A DNA stretch of 58,689 nucleotides from a virus (IMGVR_UViG_3300002855_000236:1-58689); one strand, 5' to 3'; numbered from the stretch's first letter, positions 26,804 to 37,104 are shown. Notes: a model not told the origin generated them from the sequence alone. Numbers and translations: made by a program.

Positions 26804-27604
26804 TTATTTTCCATGTCCCTGAACCCGAAGCGACACGGCCAGAGATCGCCAGAAATCCAGCGTGCCGGTCGGATCGTTGATCTTCTTGAGTACGGACTCG
26901 CCGAACTCGGAGATGAACCACTTCGGCGCGGGGATCATCTGCGTCAGGTCTTCCACCTTTTTCGTCAGCGCCGTTACCGCGCTCGTTAGAGATTTTACTT
27001 CCTCGCGCATCTTCTCGAATGCTTGAGCCTCATCTTTGGTCATCGGAACATCCTCCTCGTTTTTAATCGGCTTCGTGAATATCCAATACTGCCTTGCCTC
27101 TTTCCGAAATACCGACTCGTCCACCTTGATCTTGCCGTCGCCCTTACCGCGATCAACGAGACCGTCGGCAGGATATTTATAGGTGTGGTTAGGATCGTGA
27201 ACGTCGATCCATTTGCCGCCAATCCCGACCAAGAGAACGTAGTGCCCACCGCCCGTCAGATGCCCCGGAGCCATAGACGCAATAACGAGCGCCCCAGCGA
27301 AGAGCGCCCGTTTAACCTCATCCCAATTCCCTGACTGCTTGCAGTCAAGGCCATACGCTTTGTCTTGGGCGATGCTGCGGAAGTACCCCCAATCCGTACC
27401 GCTGTTGTCGGTTCGGAAGCCCTTGTCGAGCGCATATTTAGCCGTCTCAGGCGGTAATATCGCTAGGCCGCAGAATGAACTTGCCACCATCGCAAAAGAC
27501 GTCGGCCCGCATGCAGAAGTGGCAATCGTTTGCTTCGGGTCGTTACGCCTGGTATAAGGCATGTTGGCCCAACGCGGATCCTTCTGGCTGTAATAGACGG
27601 TCAC
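26804..27604 (-). CDS. Endolysin, C39-like cysteine peptidase (start GTG 27604)
   Basis: YYSQKDPRW, ACGPTS (Cys), GHYV (His), HDPN; follows holin. Confidence 0.85.
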   Translation of the reverse strand: MTVYYSQKDPRWANMPYTRRNDPKQTIATSACGPTSFAMVASSFCGLAILPPETAKYALDKGFRTDNSGTDWGYFRSIAQDKAYGLDCKQSGNWDEVKRALFAGALVIASMAPGHLTGGGHYVLLVGIGGKWIDVHDPNHTYKYPADGLVDRGKGDGKIKVDESVFRKEARQYWIFTKPIKNEEDVPMTKDEAQAFEKMREEVKSLTSAVTALTKKVEDLTQMIPAPKWFISEFGESVLKKINDPTGTLDFWRSLAVSLRVQGHGK

Positions 27605-27606
27605 GC

Positions 27607-27828
27607 TTACCCCTCCCTCTTTTTGACGTACTGATAAGCACCGCTGGCCGTCAGCCCGACGATCGAGATAAGCGTGATCGCCTCTCTGACCGGACCCGGT
27701 ACCAGAACGAATATGGCGGCAAAGAAAAGAGCGGCGACATGTGTCCACCGCTCCGAAAGGCCGAATCCTTTGACCACGCCGACGTAAGCCGCAACGAGCG
27801 CGGCTAGCTGAAGGATCTCGTTATCCAC
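27607..27828 (-). CDS. Holin
   Basis: Small multi-TM protein with GLTASGAY motif. Confidence 0.8.
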   Translation of the reverse strand: MDNEILQLAALVAAYVGVVKGFGLSERWTHVAALFFAAIFVLVPGPVREAITLISIVGLTASGAYQYVKKREG

Positions 27829-28155
27829 CTACCCTCCGACTCCTCTCCATAGGAAGGCGATAGCGCCGCCGATGACGCCGGTGACGACTGCTGCAATAAC
27901 CGTCCGCCAAATCCATTTAATATCTCCCGAGTTATCCTCGACCCTCTTGTTAACTTCGTCTATCCGGTGATGCGCCGCTCTCGCCCTCTGGTCGGCCTCG
28001 CGGGCGATGTCGTCCGACTGGTCCAACTTCTCGACGAGCCGATTCACGTTGGCCGTAAGTTCGCTCGTCGTCCGAATGTTAGATTCCTGTAACGCCTCCA
28101 TCCGGCCCATGCGGGATGATATGTCATGTAGTGCTCTCGTTTCGACTTCGCTCAG
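27829..28155 (-). CDS. XhlA-like lysis protein (probable CTG start at 28155)
   Basis: AHHRIDE, KWIWRTV, C-terminal TM; AGGGAGG RBS. Confidence 0.75.
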   Translation of the reverse strand: MSEVETRALHDISSRMGRMEALQESNIRTTSELTANVNRLVEKLDQSDDIAREADQRARAAHHRIDEVNKRVEDNSGDIKWIWRTVIAAVVTGVIGGAIAFLWRGVGG

Positions 28156-28191
28156 TTGCTCCGCCTCCCTTCAAAATATAAAAAGCCCCGC

Positions 28192-28338
28192 TTATGCTGC
28201 GGAGCCTTCGAACGCCTGGCCTGTAATCGTCTGGTATTGCTGCGCGGTGATCTTTCCCGCAATGACAAACTTGCCAACTGCGGCATCGTCGTACCGTCCG
28301 GCGTCGTAATGTCGCTTAACCGTTGAGTACCAGTCCAA
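28192..28338 (-). CDS. XkdX-family protein, 48 aa; not in ORF track
   Basis: MDWYSTVKRHY...FV..GKIT..QY..ITG. Confidence 0.85.
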   Translation of the reverse strand: MDWYSTVKRHYDAGRYDDAAVGKFVIAGKITAQQYQTITGQAFEGSAA

Positions 28339-28611
28339 CTAAATCACCTCCGCTTCAACTAGCGCGAGAAGCAGCGCTGCTTGTTCGGCTTCCGACTGCT
28401 CTAACCGGCGCTCCGTATCGTCTAGCCGAATTTGCGTATCGACGAGTTCGAGGGCGAGCATAGCCGACTCATTTTCGAGTTGCGTGATTCGGTCAGGTTC
28501 GCTTGGAGGACCAGCCTGAATTGATTCCTTAATATAAAGACCAGTATCTTGATCTTCTGTTATTCGATAGGGGATGCCGTTTTCTTCAACTTCACTAATA
28601 ATTACCGTCAT
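28339..28611 (-). CDS. Tail fibre-associated protein (XkdW-like)
   Basis: Between fibre and XkdX; C-terminal coiled coil. Confidence 0.6.
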   Translation of the reverse strand: MTVIISEVEENGIPYRITEDQDTGLYIKESIQAGPPSEPDRITQLENESAMLALELVDTQIRLDDTERRLEQSEAEQAALLLALVEAEVI

Positions 28612-28628
28612 ATTGTGCCCCCTTGATT

Positions 28629-30191
28629 TTATGGTGTGCCTAATAATAGCGCGTAATCTGCAATGCAGGTTATTGGATTATTAATAGATTTCAGAGCCTC
28701 TATTTTTAGTTGATTGTAGAAGTAAATAGGTTCGATGGCTGGAGTTATACCGACAGGATGACCGAGATAAATGTGAGTAGTAGACGAACCTGCGTTAAAG
28801 AACTCATAGGTCGCCTCCTCTGATTTTCCGTCAATCGTAACTCTTAGCTTAACTGTTGTTGTATACGAAGTACTCATTTGCAAATAAAGACCCTCTAACC
28901 GCCCTGGAACACCTGATATAGTCACAACTTCGTTCCATACAGGATTATTATTAGATATATTAGGTACGGAAAAGTTTACACGTCTCGTTTTTCCGACAGT
29001 AATATTACCGCCCACGATCTTCCACCCCGCTCCGTCATAGAACTCGAGTTGCCCCGCATTAATCCGTAACTGTCCATCTCCCCACAAGCGGTACCACGGC
29101 GTCCAAACTCCGCTGTATCTAGCTCGATATAATAGACCGACATTGAGCGACGGGGCTTGGGCATACGGGATTGCAAATTGTGTAATCTGCCCCGATCCGT
29201 TTTTAGATCCGTATTCAAAGTTAAAAACGTGAAAATAATTCGCTCCTCCAGGCCCGTTTGCAGCAGACCCAAGAAGTAATGTCGGCCCCGTTCCTGGTTG
29301 CGTGTTAGCTTCGGCATTCCAGTCCAAGACTCCATTTGTGCCGGAAGCGCCGAACTTGGCCTGGATCGTGTCAAGACGAGCAATATCATCACTTGCCACA
29401 GGCGCGGCAACTTTCGCCCGGCCAGCGCTGTCCCGAATGACGAGTCGGCTGGCAGTCGCGGCCGAAGTTGCACCGTGAGCATCCGTTAAGGCCGCATGCG
29501 TTGTAACTGAGCCGGACGCACCAGACGCAGCGTCCATCGCCGCCTTGACCGCCTTTGGCGTAGCCGCCCGGTCTTCCGCGGTGCTATTGGTCGCGCTGGA
29601 GAGTTGAACCTTGCCTTTAGTCGTCAGCGTGGCGTCGGGGATGTCGGCGTGTTCCAATGCCTCGAATAGTTCCGTGATTGCCCCTGCCGCCGTCTTTGCC
29701 GTCGTGGGTACCGTGCTCATGTCACCGACGTCTGAGGCGAGAGCGTAGATGCCGCTCGCGACGCTGGCCGTAATGTTCGCTGCGTTGGCAGTCAGAATTT
29801 CGACTTCGAGCTGTTTATTGACTACGTCCGGACCGCCTGTCGCCGGAATGTATTCTGCGCCGGCTCCAGCGTTTCCATAGCAATACAGGATTTCCCCCTC
29901 GTCCGGATCCTGCGCGAACACGCCGATCTCCCGGAAGTAAAATCCCACCGTTACGTCTTGATTAGACAAGACGGCACCGACGATCGCTTTGCCTCCTGGC
30001 TGGGTCCTCAGCTTGTTCAGCGGAAGCGACATCTTCGGCGAAATCAATCCGGGAAGTGTCGGAATCGACTGACCGCCGAGATTGCCGTCGCCGACGCCGA
30101 TCCGGTTGAAGTGGAGCGCTACGCCGGTAAGTGCTTTTGCCTGCAAAGCCCGCCCCTTGTTCGTTATGAGCAAACCGCCGAATGCGGCCAT
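28629..30191 (-). CDS. Tail fibre protein
   Basis: ITNKG..L.AKA and REIGVFA N-domain; KGKVQLSSATNS..AATPKAVK fibre repeat; AT-rich tip. Confidence 0.88.
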   Translation of the reverse strand: MAAFGGLLITNKGRALQAKALTGVALHFNRIGVGDGNLGGQSIPTLPGLISPKMSLPLNKLRTQPGGKAIVGAVLSNQDVTVGFYFREIGVFAQDPDEGEILYCYGNAGAGAEYIPATGGPDVVNKQLEVEILTANAANITASVASGIYALASDVGDMSTVPTTAKTAAGAITELFEALEHADIPDATLTTKGKVQLSSATNSTAEDRAATPKAVKAAMDAASGASGSVTTHAALTDAHGATSAATASRLVIRDSAGRAKVAAPVASDDIARLDTIQAKFGASGTNGVLDWNAEANTQPGTGPTLLLGSAANGPGGANYFHVFNFEYGSKNGSGQITQFAIPYAQAPSLNVGLLYRARYSGVWTPWYRLWGDGQLRINAGQLEFYDGAGWKIVGGNITVGKTRRVNFSVPNISNNNPVWNEVVTISGVPGRLEGLYLQMSTSYTTTVKLRVTIDGKSEEATYEFFNAGSSTTHIYLGHPVGITPAIEPIYFYNQLKIEALKSINNPITCIADYALLLGTP

Positions 30192-30755
30192 CTATACCAC
30201 CTGCTTTATCTTCAAAGTGTCGGTCATGTTCAATACGCATCCGAAATAGAGGTTCATCGATTTGGACGACTCGATGATCACGGATTCGAGGTGCGATCGC
30301 ACGTTCTTGACCGTGTTCAGCGCCGCGATAAACTCCTGAGCGAGGTCAGTCGTGACCGCTGTGTTGCTCGTGATGACCCGGAAGGTGTACGGATCGCCGT
30401 CAAACTGCCACCACTCCTCGACGCGCCCGGAACCAAACAACGTCGAGATCAGCTCTTCGACGGCCGAAGGAGTGCCCTTCCGGCGATGCCACGCGAAGCT
30501 GTTCTTCACGAGTTCACGCCGCTGCTCCAGCGGAAGCGATGGATCATAAAAGTCGACGTGGAATTGCCATGCGAGCTCGTCCGTTTCTTCATCGGTCGAC
30601 TCGTCCATCCGGTCGAAATATGAGAGTTTACGAATTGAAGCCGTAATCTGCTGAAGCTCGGAGTCGATCGCCTGCGCGGCAGCCGCTACGTTTGGGTCGC
30701 TCCGAAGGTTTGGTGGTAAGATATCTAAGAGACTGACCGTATCAAGATTAATCAT
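30192..30755 (-). CDS. P2 gpI-like baseplate protein
   Basis: LAWQFHVD, HRRKGT, VEEWW, KNVRSHL. Confidence 0.88.
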   Translation of the reverse strand: MINLDTVSLLDILPPNLRSDPNVAAAAQAIDSELQQITASIRKLSYFDRMDESTDEETDELAWQFHVDFYDPSLPLEQRRELVKNSFAWHRRKGTPSAVEELISTLFGSGRVEEWWQFDGDPYTFRVITSNTAVTTDLAQEFIAALNTVKNVRSHLESVIIESSKSMNLYFGCVLNMTDTLKIKQVV

Positions 30756-31875
30756 CGACCAGCCCTCCATAGGTCACCGCGGGAACGCCCGCGACCGCGA
30801 TCTCCGTCTTATCTACCTCGGCATAGACCGGGCTGACCGGCATGACCCGATATGCCCCAGCCATCGTTACGCGCCGAATAAGCTCGGACGGGTTTACGTC
30901 GCGTCCAAGCTTGGACTTTTGCCAGAGGGTGTAGTCTGCCGTAGCCTGCGTCACCGCCGCTTGAATGGCGGTCACATCCGAGGCGCGATCGCGGCTGATA
31001 TAGTACGTGAACTGGACGGAAATCGACTGAGTTGTCGGTGCGGCTACCGTCACCAAGTCCGTAAGAGGGCGTGTCTGCTTGTCGTCGCACGCCTCAAATA
31101 CTGCATCCAGCACATCCTGCGTCGGGATCTCGCCGCCGCGAAGCAGCGGAACGATCAAGACCTCACCCGGGTCCGGCGATGTTACCGACACGTCGACAAT
31201 GGCCGAACTCGCCCGCTTTGCAGCATTGCGATATCCGTCCTCCGGTCCGGCCGTCGACAATGATTCCGACGCCGTCCGGATCCGCTCACGATAATCGGGG
31301 TCGGCTTCCTCGTCTGCCCCGCCTGAGCTGGACGTTAGGTTAACCGCGGTTGAGACGAAAGCGATAGGGTCGACGATCTGGTTGATTTGACCGGGCAGGT
31401 ACCCGTTACCTACTGCACCGGTCTCAGTGCATGCAGCGGTCGCATCGATTGTCAGGCCTCCGGGCGGAATTTCGACCGTCTCGGTTGTCGCGAAGTAAAG
31501 CTTAGGATCCGTAGCCGTAGCCGTCCTGGTACCGGCCGGAATGGTGATCGCCGATAACTGAGGCGCAGACAAGGTATAACGAATAGTCGTTATTGCCGCA
31601 GACGACTCTAGCCGGTTCGTCTCCGTAAAAACCCCCATGTGATCGAGGACGCCGCCTCTCGCGTAACGTAAAAGCCCTTGCTTTCGCGTATCGTTCATGA
31701 GTGCTTTCTGCTGCACCAGTAACGCCGCGATCGAATGCAAAAAGAGCCGAATCGGATCAGCAGGCGCAAGCGCCCTTCCGGTCAGCCCCTCGTAAACTGT
31801 GATCATATTGTTTAGCGTCGACATTACGTCGTCATCGACAAAATTGATTTCAGGCAAATCAACCAACGCCGTCAT
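30748..31875 (-). CDS. Baseplate J-like wedge protein
   Basis: GAVGNG, GGADEE.D..YRERI, RPLTD.V. Confidence 0.92.
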   Translation of the reverse strand: MTALVDLPEINFVDDDVMSTLNNMITVYEGLTGRALAPADPIRLFLHSIAALLVQQKALMNDTRKQGLLRYARGGVLDHMGVFTETNRLESSAAITTIRYTLSAPQLSAITIPAGTRTATATDPKLYFATTETVEIPPGGLTIDATAACTETGAVGNGYLPGQINQIVDPIAFVSTAVNLTSSSGGADEEADPDYRERIRTASESLSTAGPEDGYRNAAKRASSAIVDVSVTSPDPGEVLIVPLLRGGEIPTQDVLDAVFEACDDKQTRPLTDLVTVAAPTTQSISVQFTYYISRDRASDVTAIQAAVTQATADYTLWQKSKLGRDVNPSELIRRVTMAGAYRVMPVSPVYAEVDKTEIAVAGVPAVTYGGLVDD

Positions 31876-32201
31876 TCATCCTCCTCCCCTCTCACTCGGA
31901 TCAGTACCGTGGGCACAAGACACCCATCTTGATGGCCCGTTTCGTAGCTGACCGATATCACCTCGACGCGCGGCTCGTAAGTTTGGATGGCATTGACCAC
32001 TGATGCCGTTAGCCTCGCCTGTGCATACTCGAGCGGTCCATCAATTACCGTCCCGTCAACTCCGAAATCACGGGCTAAAGGAACCGTACCGGCAATGGTC
32101 GTGATGATCGTCCGAACGTTCTGGATTATTTCGTCCATTCCGCTTGCTCCGAAGTCGATGCCGTCGCTATCGGTGCTGACTGTGAATTCCACGCCTATCA
32201 C
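31872..32201 (-). CDS. gpW/gp25-like baseplate protein
   Basis: GTVPLARDFG, YEPRV. Confidence 0.85.
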   Translation of the reverse strand: MIGVEFTVSTDSDGIDFGASGMDEIIQNVRTIITTIAGTVPLARDFGVDGTVIDGPLEYAQARLTASVVNAIQTYEPRVEVISVSYETGHQDGCLVPTVLIRVRGEEDE

Positions 32202-32204
32202 CCC

Positions 32205-32594
32205 TTACAAATAAGCCTTTAGCGTAACGTCCGCCGATCCTACTAGGACCTTTCCCCGGTTGTCGACACGGTCCCAGCTTTCCTTGACCGAATCGATGTA
32301 CCACTTATTCACGCCTACCGCCGCGTTACCGATGATTAGCGTCTCTGCTTGTCCTGATCTGGCCATGCGTAAAAGCACGGCTATTTCTCGGCGAGGGACG
32401 ACTCCGAATCGTATGTCGAATTGCATTGTAAAACTGATCGAGTCTTGCCCCTCTCCCAAAAATTCGCTCTTGGGATGACGCAAGTGAATATCGTGTACCG
32501 CCCACCTCGCCGAATTAGATCGGGAGAAATTATCGAAAGTGCGAATCTCCTTATCGCTCACTTTGAATGTGACGGGTCCAAATGTGCCGATCAT
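32205..32594 (-). CDS. P2 gpU-like tail protein
   Basis: MIGTFG..F, RWAVH, EFLG. Confidence 0.8.
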   Translation of the reverse strand: MIGTFGPVTFKVSDKEIRTFDNFSRSNSARWAVHDIHLRHPKSEFLGEGQDSISFTMQFDIRFGVVPRREIAVLLRMARSGQAETLIIGNAAVGVNKWYIDSVKESWDRVDNRGKVLVGSADVTLKAYL

Positions 32595-32854
32595 GGTCCC
32601 ACCTGCCCCAGACAAAATCCGGACTCCAATCCGGTACCCAAGAACAGGCAGAGCACCGTGGCGCCTACCTCCGGAATCTTATAGGTGACCACATGCTCGG
32701 GATCATCGTATTTGAGAGGCGGGACGATCACCGGAAGCCAATTGGATACCATGCCGTCACGGTCCTCCATGACGATTCTGACTGCCGCTTCTCCTTCATT
32801 CCGGTCGGATACGATTCCAGTCCGAATAAGATTCGATGTTATGCTCATCATCAA
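32591..32854 (-). CDS. gpV-like spike, OB-fold only (87 aa)
   Basis: IRTGIVS, SNWLPV, P.VG..VLCLF...GFCLG. Confidence 0.75.
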   Translation of the reverse strand: MMMSITSNLIRTGIVSDRNEGEAAVRIVMEDRDGMVSNWLPVIVPPLKYDDPEHVVTYKIPEVGATVLCLFLGTGLESGFCLGQVGP

Positions 32855-33870
32855 TAATTCAGCACCTTTCGAACGCTGACTCCCGTCTCGTAGCCGCCGC
32901 TGCCCACCGAATGATCAGCCGTTTCAACGAGATACTTGCCGTCAAACTTTCCGAATCCAGCCAGCTCGATAGTCACTCCCTGGACAAGCGATACGTCACC
33001 GAGAAGCTTCAGGTTGGCCCGATTCGCTTCCTTGTTTTTAGCCCTTAGAGCGTTCCGGGCATATCGGATCGCCTCGGCAACGGACTCCACGCGCTCACTG
33101 ATCTTCAGGACCGGCCCCCGCGTCCTGCCCGGAACGCTGTAAGAACCTTTGAAAGTCTGTTTTTCTTTTTGGGTTGAATGGTAGTAAGTTAACTCGCACG
33201 ATCGATACGATGCACCGACTACCGAATGATCAATCGTAAATGACTTAACGTCGCTCTCCCCATACCGAATCATCCTCACCGGTGACTGCTTTTCGAGCTG
33301 CGCATCGTCGAAAAACACCAACATGCCGTTAGCAACTTTGATCATCGCCCCTTCTTTCTCGGCTAGGCCGGCGAGAAAGGCGATGTCCGATTGCTGAGTC
33401 TGGTCGATCCGATCATACTTAACGTCCGGTACCTGAAATAAAAGCTTCAGCCCCGCTTGTTTGGCGATCGTCCCGGCAATCTGCCGAAGGGTCAACTTCT
33501 CCCAAGCTTTCGTTTTCTCTTCGTTCTTAATGCCAGACGAGTAAGGAAGCGAAGAAGAATTGAATGACACGGTGTTCGGTGGTCCGCCGAATGACACCTC
33601 ATCAACCTCGAAGGAGCCGCACGGCAAAGCATACCTCGTGCCGGGTTTGTCCCAGTTGTGAAGGATGATCGACGCTTTGATCTTGTCACCCGGAGACGGC
33701 ATCCACGGATCGCGCCAACGGCCGTCACGATCGGACAGCGTTACCCTGAGATCATCCGCTTTACCTGTTCCGTGATCCGCGAATGAAAACTGAGTCAAAA
33801 AAGGCGCGATATCTTGGGAGATATTCGCGCCTTCGTAAATGAGTTCGATTTCGGTCCTGCGGGTCTTCAT
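32851..33870 (-). CDS. Late control D / baseplate hub
   Basis: ADDL...L.D, Q..QSDIAFL, GFGKFDGKY. Confidence 0.88.
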   Translation of the reverse strand: MKTRRTEIELIYEGANISQDIAPFLTQFSFADHGTGKADDLRVTLSDRDGRWRDPWMPSPGDKIKASIILHNWDKPGTRYALPCGSFEVDEVSFGGPPNTVSFNSSSLPYSSGIKNEEKTKAWEKLTLRQIAGTIAKQAGLKLLFQVPDVKYDRIDQTQQSDIAFLAGLAEKEGAMIKVANGMLVFFDDAQLEKQSPVRMIRYGESDVKSFTIDHSVVGASYRSCELTYYHSTQKEKQTFKGSYSVPGRTRGPVLKISERVESVAEAIRYARNALRAKNKEANRANLKLLGDVSLVQGVTIELAGFGKFDGKYLVETADHSVGSGGYETGVSVRKVLNY

Positions 33871-34070
33871 GGCAGCCTCCAAGGCGGCAGAGTGGACGAG
33901 GTTTCAGGTGGTAGCTCGGGAATCGATAGGACCTCTCCGGCACCGAAAATGGTGATGTGAGCATGTTCCGGGTTAGCCCTTATCAAGCTGCCCGTATTAT
34001 TCTCGCTCCCATAAACTTTGAATGCGATCGAATCCCACATATCCCCTTGAATCGTCGTATAGTTACTCAC
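33867..34070 (-). CDS. P2 gpX-like tail protein
   Basis: YTTIQGDMWDSIA...ANP...LPPW. Confidence 0.88.
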   Translation of the reverse strand: MSNYTTIQGDMWDSIAFKVYGSENNTGSLIRANPEHAHITIFGAGEVLSIPELPPETSSTLPPWRLP

Positions 34071-37000
34071 TGAAACCAAGCCTCCTTGCCTGCCTCATCT
34101 TGTTCTCCCACCAGCGCTCGAGCCTTTCCTCTGAGGCTCGTAAGGCCTGATCTACTTGGCTGCGAACATCCGGTCCGCCGCCACCTGGAATTGTGATCTG
34201 CGGTGCAAAGGTAAAGCTAGAATCACCGGTGCTGTGTCCCATCAAGCGATTCGCGGAATCCAACAAGTCATGTGATCGCGGTCTATCGTTGAGTGGAATA
34301 GCCATTTCCGGCCCCTTCTCTCCGAAGATCGACGGCCCTCGAGAGATGCCACCCTCCCCAAATTTCGGGAGCATGTCTGACCATGAAACAGTCGGCGATC
34401 CTGTTGTGGGTATTTTAGGCATGCTCCAATCACGAAACGGATTAGAAGTTCCAGATGGAACCGGTAGGCCACTCTCACTGTACAACACCTCGACATTGAT
34501 GATTTTGTTGTCCGGTAGAAGCAGCATTTCGTCGTTTAGTTTCGCAACTGCCTCCAGCGCTTTATTGAATCGCTCTTTTTCCTCGCCGGTGAGTTCGTTA
34601 AACTTCTTCGCCTGATCTTCCAATTTCCCGCCGAGATCCATTTCAATAAGATCTTTCTGTGCCTTATAGAGTTCGTCATAGCTACTGAGGGCAGTATTGA
34701 GCTCCCCGTCAGTTGTCACAAGACTATTTACAGATTTGCGCCACTCCTCGGACAGATCGTAGGCTACTCCATCGATCAGGCCGACATGACTGAACGAGCG
34801 CCCCACTACACTCCCTATCTGATTTGCACGATCCAATAGATCGGCTATTTGAGTGGTCCACACTTCACTCATCCGATCCACATCGGATACCATAAGACGA
34901 TTTAGTTCGTTCTCCAACTCACGAAAGTCAACCGATGCTGATAAATACTGTTCCTTGTCGGCCGTAAGGTCTGCCATTTTTCCTCGAGCTTTAACTATCT
35001 CCTGCTCAAGCTTCTCCTTATTGCCAATACTGTTTGCAACGTCCTGCTCTCGCCGCAATTTTGCAGATTCAAGATCGGCTTTGGCGGCTCGCTCTGCTAA
35101 ATCAACAGTTTCGCGACGCAGCCCGTTTTCAACATCCATTTGAGAAATGATATCTGGATGCATGGATTGCAACAGCCCCGTTACCTCAGCGAGACGTTCC
35201 TGTGCAACAACGAGCTCCTCGGCTGGCATCACGCCACTATTTATTGAATCGCTTAGAGTTCTAAACTCTTCAGCGAGTACGCTTGTACGCTCGGATTTAT
35301 CCGCTACAAATTCATATTGCTTAGCGGACTCCCTAAGAGCATCACCCATATGGATAACTTCTTGACGTGCTTTTTCTTGATGTCGCTTGTAGAAGTAAAC
35401 ACCACCGGCCAACAATCCAACACCGGCGATCGCCAAACCAATCGGATTAGCAAGTAACCCTAGAGCGGAGGTGAATAGCCCCGCTGAACGAGTAGCACCC
35501 GCAACACCGCCGGCAGCTTCACCACCTGCCCGGCCAATACTGGCGAGCGTCCGGATCGTACCCGAAACGCCCTTGCCGATCTTCATTCCGGGAACTGCGA
35601 GTGCTCCCGCAGCAAGTACGCTCGTCGCTCCATTGAACGAAAACGCCTCTTTTACCATGCCCTTGATGATACGAGCAATGGTCTTCCCAATCTCGGACGC
35701 AATCCGCGAGAACTGAGCTTTGCCCTTGCTCGCCCACCATACAGACATCGGCTCGCCGATCAGTTTGTCCCAGGCGATCGTAAACTTGCCGAAACCGTCA
35801 GCATAGTTCCAGTCGACGCTCTGGGTCATCGACTTCCAACGTTTTTCAAAAGACTCAACTGCACCAGGTAGTTTCTTTGTCAAGCCGTCAGCAACCGCCC
35901 GAATGGCTGGAGCCATCTTCTCGCCGAGGCTGATCTTCGCCGCTTCAACAGCCGATTTGAAGAGCACCATGGAACCAGAGAACGAGTCCAACTGGGTATT
36001 TGCGATTTGTTCCGCTACACCGCCGCTGTTCTCGAGTTCTCCCGTGAACTCGCGCAGCTTATCGGCCCCGGTGTCCATCAGCGTTAACATGGACGATGCC
36101 GCATACTGGCCGGCCATCGTTTTGATCGCCGCTATACGCTGCGCCTCACCCATATCCTTCGTGCCTTTGGTCACCGCCTCGACGATATCCGCTAGGCTCT
36201 TGATCGACCCGTCTGCGTTGACGACTTGGATGCCGAGTTTCTTCATCAGCTTCGCGGCGCCGCCTGTCGGCGCGGCCATACGTGCTATGATCGACCTCAA
36301 GCCGGTACCGGCCATGGATGCCTGAATACCTGCGTTACCGAGGATGCCGGCGGCTGCCGCCGTCTCTTCGAGCGAAATACCGGCGGCTTTAGATTGAGGA
36401 GCGACGTATTTCATCGTTTCCCCGATCATACCCATCGTGACGTTTGAAGACGTAAATGCCTTGGTCAGTACATCGGCAACCCGCCCAGTCTCGCTCGCCT
36501 GAATGCCGAAGCCTTGAAGGATGTTCGAGGTAATGTCCGCCGTCTCACCGAGTTCAAGCTTTCCGGCAGCCGCGGCATTTAATAGGCCAGGCATCGCGGC
36601 GAGGATGTCATTGGTCTTATATCCGGCCATCGCGAGAAACGCCATACCTTCGCCGGCTTGCTTGCCCGTGAACTGAGTGGTTGCATTAAGTTGTTTGGCT
36701 TGAGCAGTAAGAGCCGCAAGCTCATCCGTTGTTGCGCCGGATAAAGCCTTGACGTTTTGCATCTCTTGCTCGAACTCGGCGTACGTTTGAACAAGATCCT
36801 TCCCCACGTTGTAGACTTTTTGCAAGGCGTAGATGCCCCCGACCAAGGCAACAGCCCGCTTGATAGCGCCACCAAGTTTATTGGCAGCAGCTTCGGTCGC
36901 CCCGAATGCACTGCGGGTACGGCTCAAATCTTCGCGGATAGGCCGGGTTGTATCCGCCGTCCCACGGGCTCGACTCAACTCATTGAGACGACGTTGAAGG

Positions 37001-37104
37001 TCCTTAAAATCACCCGAGGCGGTATTGAAGGTGCGCGAAAAATTGGATTCCAGTTCAGCCCCTAGCCTAAAGGCAATGTCAAACTGCTTACCCAGGTTTA
37101 TCAC
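34063..37104 (-). CDS. Tape measure protein (TP901-type core)
   Basis: 1013 aa helical; LAMAG, ADVLT, ETMKYVAP, AGTGLR. Confidence 0.92.
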   Translation of the reverse strand: MINLGKQFDIAFRLGAELESNFSRTFNTASGDFKDLQRRLNELSRARGTADTTRPIREDLSRTRSAFGATEAAANKLGGAIKRAVALVGGIYALQKVYNVGKDLVQTYAEFEQEMQNVKALSGATTDELAALTAQAKQLNATTQFTGKQAGEGMAFLAMAGYKTNDILAAMPGLLNAAAAGKLELGETADITSNILQGFGIQASETGRVADVLTKAFTSSNVTMGMIGETMKYVAPQSKAAGISLEETAAAAGILGNAGIQASMAGTGLRSIIARMAAPTGGAAKLMKKLGIQVVNADGSIKSLADIVEAVTKGTKDMGEAQRIAAIKTMAGQYAASSMLTLMDTGADKLREFTGELENSGGVAEQIANTQLDSFSGSMVLFKSAVEAAKISLGEKMAPAIRAVADGLTKKLPGAVESFEKRWKSMTQSVDWNYADGFGKFTIAWDKLIGEPMSVWWASKGKAQFSRIASEIGKTIARIIKGMVKEAFSFNGATSVLAAGALAVPGMKIGKGVSGTIRTLASIGRAGGEAAGGVAGATRSAGLFTSALGLLANPIGLAIAGVGLLAGGVYFYKRHQEKARQEVIHMGDALRESAKQYEFVADKSERTSVLAEEFRTLSDSINSGVMPAEELVVAQERLAEVTGLLQSMHPDIISQMDVENGLRRETVDLAERAAKADLESAKLRREQDVANSIGNKEKLEQEIVKARGKMADLTADKEQYLSASVDFRELENELNRLMVSDVDRMSEVWTTQIADLLDRANQIGSVVGRSFSHVGLIDGVAYDLSEEWRKSVNSLVTTDGELNTALSSYDELYKAQKDLIEMDLGGKLEDQAKKFNELTGEEKERFNKALEAVAKLNDEMLLLPDNKIINVEVLYSESGLPVPSGTSNPFRDWSMPKIPTTGSPTVSWSDMLPKFGEGGISRGPSIFGEKGPEMAIPLNDRPRSHDLLDSANRLMGHSTGDSSFTFAPQITIPGGGGPDVRSQVDQALRASEERLERWWENKMRQARRLGFSE

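Noticed and set aside
28629-30191. Diversity-generating retroelement or invertible fibre cassette
   Set aside because: No reverse transcriptase, TR/VR pair, invertase or inverted fibre copies seen
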